DNA from: an uncultured Pseudomonadota bacterium
GTDB lineage: Bacteria; Myxococcota_A; Polyangia; Fen-1088
DNA length: 64,000 nt
NCBI GenBank assembly: GCA_963847705.1
Contig: CAWKBC010000014.1
Location: 256,001-320,000 of the forward strand
Direction of reading: 5' to 3'
Every line of letters begins with the position of its first letter. The stretch's first letter is position 1. Below are positions 29,128-38,412 of the stretch, in pieces. A program made the translations under genes and the position numbers. The notes under the pieces are model-generated. The model was not told the DNA's origin and searched no databases. It was given only the letters and a program-made list of their open reading frames with translations.

Positions 29128-30578
29128 GCCGCCCTCCGGGGCAAGAACATCGAGAAGCGGCTCCCCCGTCCCGGTTCGCTGTCGGCCTCGATCCAGCCGC
29201 CGTGTTCGTCGACGATGTCGTGGGTCACGGAGAGGCCGAGGCCGGTTGATTCGCCCACCGGCTTGGTCGTGAAGAACGGCTCGAAGACCCGGGACAACAC
29301 CTCGGGCGACATCCCCGGCCCGTGGTCGCGCACGGTGAGCTCGAAGGTCCCGCCGGCCCCGCGCGGTTTCTCGCCGACGTGGCCGTGGGCAGGGCGGCGC
29401 CCTCCGGGGTCGCGCAAGGTGACGTCGACGACCGCTCCTTCGGCGCTGGCCTGGATCGCGTTCACGATCAGGTTGGTGAGCGCCTGCTGCACCTGCGTCG
29501 CGTCGGCCGTGACGGGAGCGGTCGCCACCTCGGAGTGAAACTTGAGCTGAATGCTCTTCTTGCTCGCCAACGTGGAGAGCAACGGCAACACGTCGGCGGC
29601 CAGGCGCGAGAGGTCCTGTTCCTCCTTCTGCGGTGGCCGTCGCCGGGCGTAGTCGAGCAACTGGCGGATGATCTTCGTCATCCGTTCGGCTTGATCAATG
29701 ATGATCTTGGCGTGGGCCGGCGCCTCACGTTCGTCTTCCACGATCAAGCGCGCCCTTCCGGCCATCACGTTGAGCGGCGTCCCCAGCTCGTGGGCGACGC
29801 TGGAGGCGATTCGTCCGACCGTGGTGAGGCGCTCGGCGTGGCGGAGCTGTTCGAGGGCGTCGAACCGCTCGCGCGTGGAGGCCCGGACCTCGATGGCGGC
29901 GGCCTCGAGTTGATCGAGCATTCCGTTGAGCTCGCGGGTCAGCTCGCCGAGCTCGTCACGCTGGCGGGGGAGCGACCGTGCGCCGAGATCGCCGGCCGCC
30001 ACCCGGCGCGCCTGGGCGATCAGCACCGAGATCGGTCCGCCCACCACCCAGGCGCCGACCAGCAAGGTCATCAGCATCATCGTCGCGGCAAGCGCCAGCG
30101 TGGTCATCACGGTCGCGCGAATCGTACGACGGACGTGAGCGCGGAGATCGGGAGGGGGCTCGGAGACGTCGACCGCCCCCACCACCTGACCGTTCGCCCG
30201 CACAGGGCTGACCGCGTGGAGCCATCCGGGCGGATCGCTGCGTTCGTCACGCCAGATCACCTCCTCGCCGCGCGCCACCGCGCCCCGCTCGGCGGAGGGG
30301 AGATCGACGCTGGCCTCCCGCAGGTCGACCCAGCTGACGCGATAGCGGGCCTCGAACCCGTGGAGCCGATCCATTGCGCGACGCACCGGTGCCTCGCCGA
30401 CGGCTTCCCACATCTTTCCCATGCTGTCGGCGAACGCCCCCGCCGTCGCCCGATCATCGGAGCGTTGATCGGCCTCGAACTCCGCGCGGTCGCGCCTGAG
30501 CTCGAGGAATGCCGCCGCGGCGACCACGACCAACGCGCCGGGGAGAACCGCCAAGGCCAGTTTGAGGGTCAGCTTCAC
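29124..30578 (-). CDS. HAMP-domain sensor histidine kinase
   Basis: Two TM helices, HAMP (DELGEL), H-box VAHELGTPL, NLIVNA, DHGPG, FFTTK and TGLGL. Confidence 0.95.
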   Translation of the reverse strand: MKLTLKLALAVLPGALVVVAAAAFLELRRDRAEFEADQRSDDRATAGAFADSMGKMWEAVGEAPVRRAMDRLHGFEARYRVSWVDLREASVDLPSAERGAVARGEEVIWRDERSDPPGWLHAVSPVRANGQVVGAVDVSEPPPDLRAHVRRTIRATVMTTLALAATMMLMTLLVGAWVVGGPISVLIAQARRVAAGDLGARSLPRQRDELGELTRELNGMLDQLEAAAIEVRASTRERFDALEQLRHAERLTTVGRIASSVAHELGTPLNVMAGRARLIVEDEREAPAHAKIIIDQAERMTKIIRQLLDYARRRPPQKEEQDLSRLAADVLPLLSTLASKKSIQLKFHSEVATAPVTADATQVQQALTNLIVNAIQASAEGAVVDVTLRDPGGRRPAHGHVGEKPRGAGGTFELTVRDHGPGMSPEVLSRVFEPFFTTKPVGESTGLGLSVTHDIVDEHGGWIEADSEPGRGSRFSMFLPRRAA

Positions 30579-30652
30579 GACGCCTCGAGTCTAGCCCTCC
30601 GAGCGATCATACAAATGGCGACCGAGCCGCGGGGCACCGCGCATGTGCGCTT

Positions 30653-31090
30653 CTAACGGACAGGAGCCCAGTAGCCGCCCTGCCACACCCACTGCGTGCC
30701 ATTCCACACCCACTGAGGCTGCACCCATGTCCACCCATCGTAGGACGCCGCAGCGCCGTTGCCCCCGATCCAGAAGGGAGATCCACCGCGCCAACCCCAG
30801 CGACCGCTCCACGACGGATGCACCGCAGCTCGCGGGGCTGCCCAGCCAACTCCGCGACCCCATCCGCCACCCCAGCGACCGCCGCCCAGGCCGCCCACGT
30901 GAGCACCGCCCAAGCCGCCCGCATGACCGCCGCCCCATCCGCCCGCATGACCACCGCCCCATCCGCCCGCGTGAGACCCGCCGCCGTGACCACCTCCGTG
31001 CCCTCCGCCCCGCGCGAACGCGGCAGCGGGAGCGACGGAAAACAGGATGAAGAAAGTCAGGCCTACAAAGAGCGTTCGCAGAGACCGCAT
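30653..31090 (-). CDS. secreted Gly/His/Trp-rich protein with YXWGXW-like repeats
   Basis: Signal peptide (AFA), GGGHAGGW repeats, C-terminal GWTWVQPQWVWNGTQWVWQGGYW. GGAGG RBS. Confidence 0.85.
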   Translation of the reverse strand: MRSLRTLFVGLTFFILFSVAPAAAFARGGGHGGGHGGGSHAGGWGGGHAGGWGGGHAGGLGGAHVGGLGGGRWGGGWGRGVGWAAPRAAVHPSWSGRWGWRGGSPFWIGGNGAAASYDGWTWVQPQWVWNGTQWVWQGGYWAPVR

Positions 31091-31114
31091 CAGGCACCTC
31101 CGACATTCTCGGTG

Positions 31115-31131
31115 TGCATAACGCGTACCGG
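31115..31131 (-). promoter_or_regulatory. putative sigma54 -24/-12 promoter
   Basis: Minus strand cCGGTACGCGTTATGCa (GG-N10-GC), about 25 bp upstream of ATG 31090. Confidence 0.6.
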
Positions 31132-31320
31132 GGTCGAACCGCGAAGGGTCGAAGATCGACCGTGACCTGTTGCCTTCCAGTGCTCGACGCGATCCGGGTT
31201 CGGTGCGAGCGCCTCGACGCGCACCAAGGCGAGAACGAAGGCGAGAACGAAGCGGAGAAGGCGCGCTCTCCGACGCTGCCCGGAGACGGATATCCCGCGG
31301 CCGTCGCCGGCCGCCGGTCC

Positions 31321-31352
31321 GGGGCCAAATGCCCCGCGGGGCATTTTGTCCC
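31321..31352. promoter_or_regulatory. tandem palindromic enhancer (UAS) box
   Basis: GGGGC-CAAAT-GCCCC-GC-GGGGC-ATTTT-GTCCC, the same layout as 27676-27707. Confidence 0.7.
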
Positions 31353-31635
31353 CCGGGAGGCGCGGCTTGACCGCAATCTCGCGTGTCGATGGGGTGCGTC
31401 TCCCGGTACGGGCGTTGCTGTGGCTCTCCGGGATGAGAGGTTGCCCGCCACGGCCGACAGCGTCCGCAACCGCGCCGGCCGCGACGCCATCCGCTTCACC
31501 GCGTCCCCGACCGTTTCGGGCAGCGGCCCGGGCCTGACGATGGATGCTCGATTTCAGAGCTTTGCACCGGTCGGGTGATCGGCTGGCGCTCACCCGTGTG
31601 GCGCCCGAGCCAGGCAGCGCCTAAGCTCCGGCGCC

Positions 31636-32127
31636 ATGCCGATGAGCAACGAAGAGCGCCGCGCGCTCGACCAGCAGATGGTCGAGGCGGCGTTCGTTTG
31701 CGATCTGAGGCGGGTCCGGACGTTGCTCGCCCGTGGAGCCGACCCGAACGCCCGCGACGACGAAGGGCGCACGCCGATCTTCTCGGCGGTGCTGGGCGGC
31801 AGCGTGGGCCTCCTGGGATTGTTGCTGGAAACGAAGGCCGACGTGAACGCCCGCGACCCGCATGGCGCCACCGCGCTGCATGTCGCTGCCGAAGAGGTCC
31901 TGCCCGAGGCCGCGACCCTGCTCATTGGGCGCGGCGCTGACGTGAACGCTCAGGACGAGGAGGGAAACACGCCGCTCAGCCGGGCCATCTTCTCGGCACG
32001 CGGCCGACAGGACGTGGTCCGGCTGCTGCTCACGGCCGGGGCCAAGGACGATCTTCCGAACAAGGCGGGCGAGACGCCCCGTCAGCTGAGCGAACGGCTG
32101 GGCGAGCCGCTCTTCACGGCCAACTAG
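31636..32127 (+). CDS. ankyrin repeat protein
   Basis: GADPNARD..GRTPI, ADVNARD..GATALH and GADVNAQD..GNTPL repeats. Confidence 0.95.
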   Translation: MPMSNEERRALDQQMVEAAFVCDLRRVRTLLARGADPNARDDEGRTPIFSAVLGGSVGLLGLLLETKADVNARDPHGATALHVAAEEVLPEAATLLIGRGADVNAQDEEGNTPLSRAIFSARGRQDVVRLLLTAGAKDDLPNKAGETPRQLSERLGEPLFTAN

Positions 32128-32389
32128 ACTAGGCTCGCGGGCGCAGCCGGTGGCGGTCACCAGCCGCGACCCCGACGCGTCCGCCGGATAGCAGCGATCG
32201 TCGCTGAAGCTCACGAGCGTCCACAGCGCCTCGGTCGCGCGCTGCTCACCGACCATGCATCCGCGATTCGGACCGTGACGCGATGAACCCCCGGGGCAAG
32301 CGCCGCCCCCCGCCGCAGCGGACTTTCAGGATTGACGAAGAGCCGCCAGGATCGACGTTAACCACATGAGGGGTCGTCAGGAAGAGGCG

Positions 32390-34486
32390 ATGGCCACGAC
32401 CGCCGCGACTCGGAGATCCAGGCCAGCCGGAAAACTCTTGTGGGCGCTCATCGCGATCGCCGGGGCCTTCTGTCTGGGGGTCGTCGCGCTCCGTCGGGGC
32501 GAGCCGGTCAATGCGATCTGGATCGTCACGGCCGCGATCGCCGTGTTCGCGATCGCTCATCGCTTCTATGGCCGCTTCATCGCCGGCAAGGTGCTCGAGC
32601 TCGACCCGAGCCGCGCCACGCCGGCCGTGCTGCGGAACGACGGCCTGGACTACGTGCCCACCCACAAGTGGGTCGTCTTCGGACATCACTTTGCCGCGAT
32701 CGCCGGCGCAGGTCCGCTGGTCGGCCCCGTGCTCGCTGCACAGATGGGGTATTTGCCGGGGACTCTCTGGATCCTGGTCGGGGTGGTGTTCGCGGGAGCC
32801 GTGCAGGATTTCATGCTCCTGGGACTCTCCTTGCGGCACGGCGGACGTTCGCTCGGGCAGATGGTGCGCGAAGAGCTGGGCGAGCTGCCGGGTGTGATCG
32901 CCATGGTCGGAGTCCTGGTGCTGATGATGATCGTCCTGGCCGTGCTGGCGCTGGTGGTCGTCAAGGCGCTGACGCACAGCCCCTGGGGAACGTTCACCGT
33001 CGCCTGCACCATCCCGATCGCGCTGCTCATGGGCGTCTATCTCCGCTACCTGCGGCCGGGCCGCATTCTCGAGGTGTCGCTCATCGGCCTGGTTCTCCTG
33101 CTGGCATCGATCTGGTTCGGTGCCCACGTGGCCGCGTCGCCCGTGCTGTCGTCCTGGTTCGACTGCGACGCGCGCCACCTGGCCTGGCTCTTGATCGGCT
33201 ACGGCTTCTTCGCGTCCGTGCTGCCGGTGTGGCTGCTTCTGGCGCCGCGGGACTATCTCTCCACGTTCCTGAAGATCGGCACCATCGCGCTGCTGGCGGT
33301 GGCGATCCTCTTGTCGGCGCCGCGGCTGCAGATGCCGGCGGTCACCCGATTCATCGACGGCAGCGGCCCGGTGTTCGCGGGCAGTCTCTTCCCGTTCCTG
33401 TTCATCACGATCGCCTGTGGCGCGGTCTCGGGCTGGCACTCGATCATCGCCTCGGGAACCACGCCCAAGTTGCTCGCCAACGAAGACCAGGCCTGGCTCG
33501 TCGGTTACGGCGGCATGCTGGCGGAGGCATTCGTGGCCATCATGGCCTTGATTGCCGCGGCGTCGTTGCACCCTGGCGTCTATTTCGCGATGAACTCACC
33601 AAGCGCGCTCATCGGCACCACCGTCGAGCGCGCGGCGGCGACCATCGGCAGCTGGGGCTTTTTGATCACGCCCGCCGAGCTGAGCGACACCGCGCGGAAG
33701 ATAGGCGAGCACACCTTGCTGAGCCGCGCGGGCGGAGCGCCGACGTTGGCCGTCGGGATGGCGCAGCTGCTGCACAACATTCTGCCCGGCCAGCGCATGA
33801 TGGCGTTCTGGTATCACTATGCCATTTTGTTCGAGGCGTTGTTCATCCTGACGACCGTCGATGCAGGCACGCGCGTCGGGCGCTTCATGATCCAGGAAAT
33901 CGCCGGACTCATTCACCCGCACCTCAAGCGGACCGAGTCCTGGAGCAGCAACGTCATCGCCACGATCGTCTGTGTCGGCGTCTGGGGCTACTTCCTGTAT
34001 CAGGGCGCGCTCGACCCGCTCGGGGGCATCAATACCCTGTGGCCGTTGTTCGGAATCGCCAATCAGATGCTGGCCGCCATTGCCTTGCTGCTGGCGACGG
34101 TGGTGACCGTCAAACTCAAACGGCAGCGATACGTCTGGGTGCCCGGAGTTCCCGCCGCGTGGTTGGTGATCTGCACCCTCACCGCTGGAGCCCAGAAGCT
34201 GTTCGACGCCAAGATCAGCTTCACCGCGGCCGCGCAGAAATACGCCAGCGCGCTCGCGCAGGGACATTTGCTGGCGCCGGCCAACTCCACCGCCGAGATG
34301 GAGCGCATCATCGCCAACAACCGCGTCGACATGGCGTTGACCGCGATCTTCATGCTGCTGGTGGTCACGATGTTGCTGTTCTCGCTGCAGGCGATCCGGC
34401 GGGCCTGGCGCGCGAATCGAGCCACCGCCCAGGAAGAGCCCTACGTGGCGCTGCGCACCGTCGCCGCGCCGGCCGCACGTCCATGA
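32390..34486 (+). CDS. cstA: carbon starvation protein A (peptide/pyruvate transporter)
   Basis: FGHHFAAIAGAGPLVGP, LLAPRDYLS, ITIACGAVSG.H, GGAPTLAVGMA and LWPLFGIANQML motifs. Confidence 0.95.
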   Translation: MATTAATRRSRPAGKLLWALIAIAGAFCLGVVALRRGEPVNAIWIVTAAIAVFAIAHRFYGRFIAGKVLELDPSRATPAVLRNDGLDYVPTHKWVVFGHHFAAIAGAGPLVGPVLAAQMGYLPGTLWILVGVVFAGAVQDFMLLGLSLRHGGRSLGQMVREELGELPGVIAMVGVLVLMMIVLAVLALVVVKALTHSPWGTFTVACTIPIALLMGVYLRYLRPGRILEVSLIGLVLLLASIWFGAHVAASPVLSSWFDCDARHLAWLLIGYGFFASVLPVWLLLAPRDYLSTFLKIGTIALLAVAILLSAPRLQMPAVTRFIDGSGPVFAGSLFPFLFITIACGAVSGWHSIIASGTTPKLLANEDQAWLVGYGGMLAEAFVAIMALIAAASLHPGVYFAMNSPSALIGTTVERAAATIGSWGFLITPAELSDTARKIGEHTLLSRAGGAPTLAVGMAQLLHNILPGQRMMAFWYHYAILFEALFILTTVDAGTRVGRFMIQEIAGLIHPHLKRTESWSSNVIATIVCVGVWGYFLYQGALDPLGGINTLWPLFGIANQMLAAIALLLATVVTVKLKRQRYVWVPGVPAAWLVICTLTAGAQKLFDAKISFTAAAQKYASALAQGHLLAPANSTAEMERIIANNRVDMALTAIFMLLVVTMLLFSLQAIRRAWRANRATAQEEPYVALRTVAAPAARP

Positions 34487-34689
34487 CCGGAACCAGGTGG
34501 CCGCGCTTGCGCGCCCTCTGGCGGCGTGCGGTCGAAACCGCGCGCCTCTGTTGTGGCATCCCCGACTACGACGCCTACGTCGCCCACCTGCGCGCGCATC
34601 ACCCCGATCGCCCCGTCCCGCCGTACGCCACCTTCTTCCGGGACCGCCAGGCGGCGCGATACAGCGGGACCGGCGGGCGGTGTTGCTGA
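34483..34689 (+). CDS. ybdD: YbdD/YjiX (DUF466) family protein
   Basis: GIPDYDAYVAH...FFRDRQ.ARY...RCC, with an ATGA overlap with cstA (the usual pairing). Confidence 0.9.
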   Translation: MTGTRWPRLRALWRRAVETARLCCGIPDYDAYVAHLRAHHPDRPVPPYATFFRDRQAARYSGTGGRCC

Positions 34690-34734
34690 GAGCTCGGCCG
34701 CCCCCGCGGCGGCCATCAGCTTTCGTCGCCCGCG

Positions 34735-36204
34735 TCAAGGGCAATAGCGCGGGGTGTTGAGCTGCGCTCGATCGGATGAGATGGTCGTGCCCCAGTTCGA
34801 AGCCGCGTTGTACTGGCTGATGCCAATCACCCCGTTCGCGATACGTGCGTTGATGTTTGTGGGATTGTCCCAGACCGGGTCGGGCCCGGACGAGCTGCCA
34901 TTCACGCCATAGCCTGTGTCCGCCAGGATCGGCTTGCCCGTCACTTGGTTCACACCGGCCCAGGTCATCTGGTCACCGCGGATCGTGGCCGTCGCCGCGT
35001 CGGTACCGCCGCCCGAGGTGTTGATGAACGTGAACTGACTCAGGTCGAAGTACGAGTACCAGTTCTTTCCATTGTCCGAGCCGTCACTCCCGGTGTTGTT
35101 GTTGGTCCCCACCCAGGGCGAGATGTCCATCGAGAAGGCCGCATTTGGCAGATAGGCCTTCACGGCCGCCACGAACTGACTCATGGTCTGTCCTGCCTGC
35201 GCGAACGTCCAGGGCGCCGTTTGGTCGCTGATGGTGTACTGATAGAAGTCGGGCTCCATCTCGAACACGATCGGGCGCGTCGTTCCGTAGCAACTGGCAA
35301 AGCCCTGCGCGTAGCTCTTGTAGACATTCACGATATTGGTCATGTTGGCGGAGATGTCCGCGGCGCCGGTGTGACAGAGATCGTTGTTGGTGCCGCACGT
35401 CGTGACGTTGCAGTCGCAAAGACCGTTGTGGCGCTTGACGTAGAACGCCGCGACATACGCCACGATCACCGGCACTTGGTTGGCGAACGTCCCGCCGGGG
35501 TTCCCCTCCGTGCAGACGGAGCTCATGTCGAAGGTGTCCTTCTGCCCCATCCATCCAGGCGTGAAGAAGTCGAGCTGCGGTATCATCGAAGGGTTGGCCT
35601 TGGCGACCGAATCGATCGTCCCGAAGTGAAACCGGCATGAACTGAAGACCTTGTCGGCCGCCATCGCTCCGCCGGTCCCGCCCACCTGCCCCCCGGTGCC
35701 CGTCGATCCGCCCGCGCCTGCTGTTCCGCCGGATCCGCCCCCTTTCCCTGCCGCGCCGCCGGTCCCTGTCGTTCCGCCTTTGCCGACGGATCCACCTACG
35801 CCGGGCGTGCCTCCGCTCCCGCCGGACGCGCCGCCATGACCGCCGGTTCCTGTCACGCCACCAGCGCCGGTCGAGCCAGCGGCCCCCCCCGCCCCTGTCG
35901 ACCCGCCCGTCAGGGTCGCGCCGCCCCGGCCACCGGTTCCTGTTGCGGCCCCCCCTCCCGTCGAGCCGGCGACGCCACCCGCGCCCGTCGCCCCGCCCGT
36001 CGCAATCGCGCCACCACGTCCGCCCGTCTCGGTGGCACCGCCCGAACCGATCGTCCCGCCCGCGCCTGTCGTTCCCCCGGATGACCCGCCCTCGCCCGAT
36101 TCACCCCCCTGGCCCGAGACGTCGGTCGAAGAACCAGCGCACCCGCTGATCAAGACGACAGCGAGCACGAGCCGCACCAGAAAGATCGAAGGAAGACGGT
36201 TCAT
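34735..36204 (-). CDS. Gly-rich-linker lipoprotein with putative glycoside-hydrolase-like domain
   Basis: Lipobox ISGC, about 150-aa GGT linker, then a globular domain with EMEPDFY, MDISPW and ILADTGYG. Confidence 0.75.
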   Translation of the reverse strand: MNRLPSIFLVRLVLAVVLISGCAGSSTDVSGQGGESGEGGSSGGTTGAGGTIGSGGATETGGRGGAIATGGATGAGGVAGSTGGGAATGTGGRGGATLTGGSTGAGGAAGSTGAGGVTGTGGHGGASGGSGGTPGVGGSVGKGGTTGTGGAAGKGGGSGGTAGAGGSTGTGGQVGGTGGAMAADKVFSSCRFHFGTIDSVAKANPSMIPQLDFFTPGWMGQKDTFDMSSVCTEGNPGGTFANQVPVIVAYVAAFYVKRHNGLCDCNVTTCGTNNDLCHTGAADISANMTNIVNVYKSYAQGFASCYGTTRPIVFEMEPDFYQYTISDQTAPWTFAQAGQTMSQFVAAVKAYLPNAAFSMDISPWVGTNNNTGSDGSDNGKNWYSYFDLSQFTFINTSGGGTDAATATIRGDQMTWAGVNQVTGKPILADTGYGVNGSSSGPDPVWDNPTNINARIANGVIGISQYNAASNWGTTISSDRAQLNTPRYCP

Positions 36205-36510
36205 GTCACTCCCAGGGGGAGGCGCGCCGGGATGCACGGCGCTGACGGTGATGGCACGACGGGTCAGGGAGTTTCGGCACTGCACGGGTCGCATCGTCGT
36301 AAAGAGGGGTAGCCGTCGTGGAAGTGCTGCACCTTGGGATGCGAAAGCTGGATTTCGGAGCTCGACCGTCGTGCGACGCGTGCACGGACGGGGATGCGTG
36401 GAATCATGGATTGGTGACCGCCTTCAGTCGGGCCTGCACTGTGAAGTGCGCCTTGACAGCCTATTGCCTTTGTTGCGGCTAGTCCCGATCGCGCTCAGGG
36501 CCTATCTCTA

Positions 36511-36786
36511 TCGTGCGCGCGCAGCGATTGGCACACGCACCCGCTCGGACAGACGCTGGTCGTCACGTTCGGGTGTGGCCTTCACCAGCGCTGGGGTGGA
36601 CCACTCGAGGAGCTTCGCCCGGGTGACGTCGTCACCGTCGGGCCGAACGAGAAGCACTGGCATGGCGCCTCGCCGACGAAGGCGATGACCCACATCGCGA
36701 TTCAGGAGTCTCTGGACGGAAGGGCCGTCGAGTGGCTAGAGAAGGTCACAGACGAGCAGTACCAAGGCAAGGTCCAGGGAGGATGA
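36511..36786 (+). pseudogene. 5'-truncated cupin-domain gene
   Basis: Frame absent from the ORF track: [14 protein letters not shown]...PGDVV...[32 protein letters not shown]. In-frame stop at 36454 with no start codon between. Confidence 0.8.
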
Positions 36787-36933
36787 GGACCTGACAGAAG
36801 GGGAATTGTCGGCCGAGGCCGGCGTGAATCGCACGCGCTCATCGCGCTCGTCGTCGGACAGAACCAGGGGAGCCTTCGGCCGGCCAGGGGACCAGGTGAT
36901 CTTCATGGTTGGGGGTTTGCGTCGGATCTCGTT

Positions 36934-38412
36934 CTAGACGCCCTTCCTGATCTCGGCGAACGCGAGGAGCGCTCGAGCGCGCGCCCAGTGGTGATCGACC
37001 ATGGGCGGCGGGTAGGTCCCGCCGAGAACGACGCCGGCGCTCGAGAGGACGTCCGCGGGCGCCTGCCAGGGCGCATGGATGAAGCGCGGCGGGAGCTTCG
37101 CCAGCTCGGGGACCCAGCGACGTACGTAGGCGCCGTCAGGATCGAACCTGCGTCCCTGGAGCACCGGATTGAAGATGCGGAAGTAGGGGGCGGCGTCTGC
37201 CCCGGAGCCCGCGCACCACTGCCAGCCGAGCGTGTTGTCTGCGAGATCGGCGTCGACCAGCGTATCCCAGAAGTGGCGCGCCCCTTCCTGCCAGCGAACG
37301 AGCAGGTGCTTGACGAGAAACGACGCGGCCACCATCCGGACGCGGTTGTGCATGAAGCCGGTGGCCCAGAGCTCGCGCATGCCGGCATCGACGAGCGGGT
37401 AGCCGGTGAGCCCGCGCCGCCAGGCGCCCGCGGCGGTCGCCGGTGCCCAAGGAAAACGAAGGAACGCGGGACGCAGCGGCGCCTCGGCCGAGCGCGGGAA
37501 GTGGTGGAGCAGGTGGTGCGCGAACTCTCGCCAGGCGAGCTCGCGCAGGAACGGGGACGGATCGATCTGGCGGCGGGTCGCCGCGCGCTCGACGGCGCTC
37601 CAGACGGCGCGGGGGCCGATCTCCCCGAAATGAAGATGGGGCGACAGGCGCGAGCTGGCGTCGAGATCGGGACGGTCGCGGGCGCGCGCGTAGCGCGGCA
37701 GATCGTGCCGCACGAACTGCTTCAACCTGGCGCGCGCGCCCGACTCACCGGGGGACCAGGTGGCCCGAAGGCCGGCGTCCCAGCCGACCCGGGGGCGCAG
37801 GCCCAGCGCGGCGAGGGACGCGGAGGGCGGCCAGCGCCGCGGAGGAGGCAACTTGCCGGGCGCGGGTGCCGGGTCTGGCGGCGGTTGGGCCCGGCCAGCT
37901 TGCCAAAAAGGAGTGAAGACCTGGAAAGGCTGGCCGGTCTTGGTCGCAAGCGCTTCCGGCTCCCAGAGGAGGTTCGCCGACGGAAGGCCGAGGTCCGTGG
38001 ACGTCGCCAGCCCGCGCTCGCGCAACGCCGCGTCGACCCGAGCGTCGCGCGCCGCGACGACCGGCTCGTAGCGGCGGTTCCAGAACACCGCGCGCGCGCC
38101 GGTCTTCTCGGCGAGATCGACCAGCGTCTCCACAGTGGCACCGACCCGCAGCACCAGGCGGCTCCCTCGGGCGGCGAGCGCGGTCGACAGCGCGCGCAGC
38201 GAATCGTGCAGCCAGACGCGGCTCGCGGCGCCGGGCGCGAAAGGCGCCTCCTCGTCGGGCGCCCAGATGTAGACGGGGATGATCCCGGCCTGCGCCGCCG
38301 CTCTGACCGCCGCGCGGAGGGCCGGATTGTCCTGCAGGCGCAGGTCCAGGCGGAACCAGACGATCACCGGTCCGGCCCTGTCGGAAGCCGCGCTAGGCTT
38401 ACGTCCTGGCAT
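36934..38412 (-). CDS. phrB: class I CPD photolyase
   Basis: VWFRLDLRLQDNPAL, SRLSPHLHFGEI, TGYPLVDAGMRELWATGFMHNRVRM and WQW.AG.GADAAPYFRIFNP. Start is 38412 (ATG) or 38367 (GTG). Confidence 0.95.
   Translation of the reverse strand: MPGRKPSAASDRAGPVIVWFRLDLRLQDNPALRAAVRAAAQAGIIPVYIWAPDEEAPFAPGAASRVWLHDSLRALSTALAARGSRLVLRVGATVETLVDLAEKTGARAVFWNRRYEPVVAARDARVDAALRERGLATSTDLGLPSANLLWEPEALATKTGQPFQVFTPFWQAGRAQPPPDPAPAPGKLPPPRRWPPSASLAALGLRPRVGWDAGLRATWSPGESGARARLKQFVRHDLPRYARARDRPDLDASSRLSPHLHFGEIGPRAVWSAVERAATRRQIDPSPFLRELAWREFAHHLLHHFPRSAEAPLRPAFLRFPWAPATAAGAWRRGLTGYPLVDAGMRELWATGFMHNRVRMVAASFLVKHLLVRWQEGARHFWDTLVDADLADNTLGWQWCAGSGADAAPYFRIFNPVLQGRRFDPDGAYVRRWVPELAKLPPRFIHAPWQAPADVLSSAGVVLGGTYPPPMVDHHWARARALLAFAEIRKGV

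Noticed and set aside
34672-34689. Possible selenocysteine read-through at the end of ybdD (DUF466 includes putative selenoproteins)
   Set aside because: The gene already ends TGT-TGC-TGA (Cys-Cys-stop), the ordinary Cys form. I saw no clear SECIS-like evidence.
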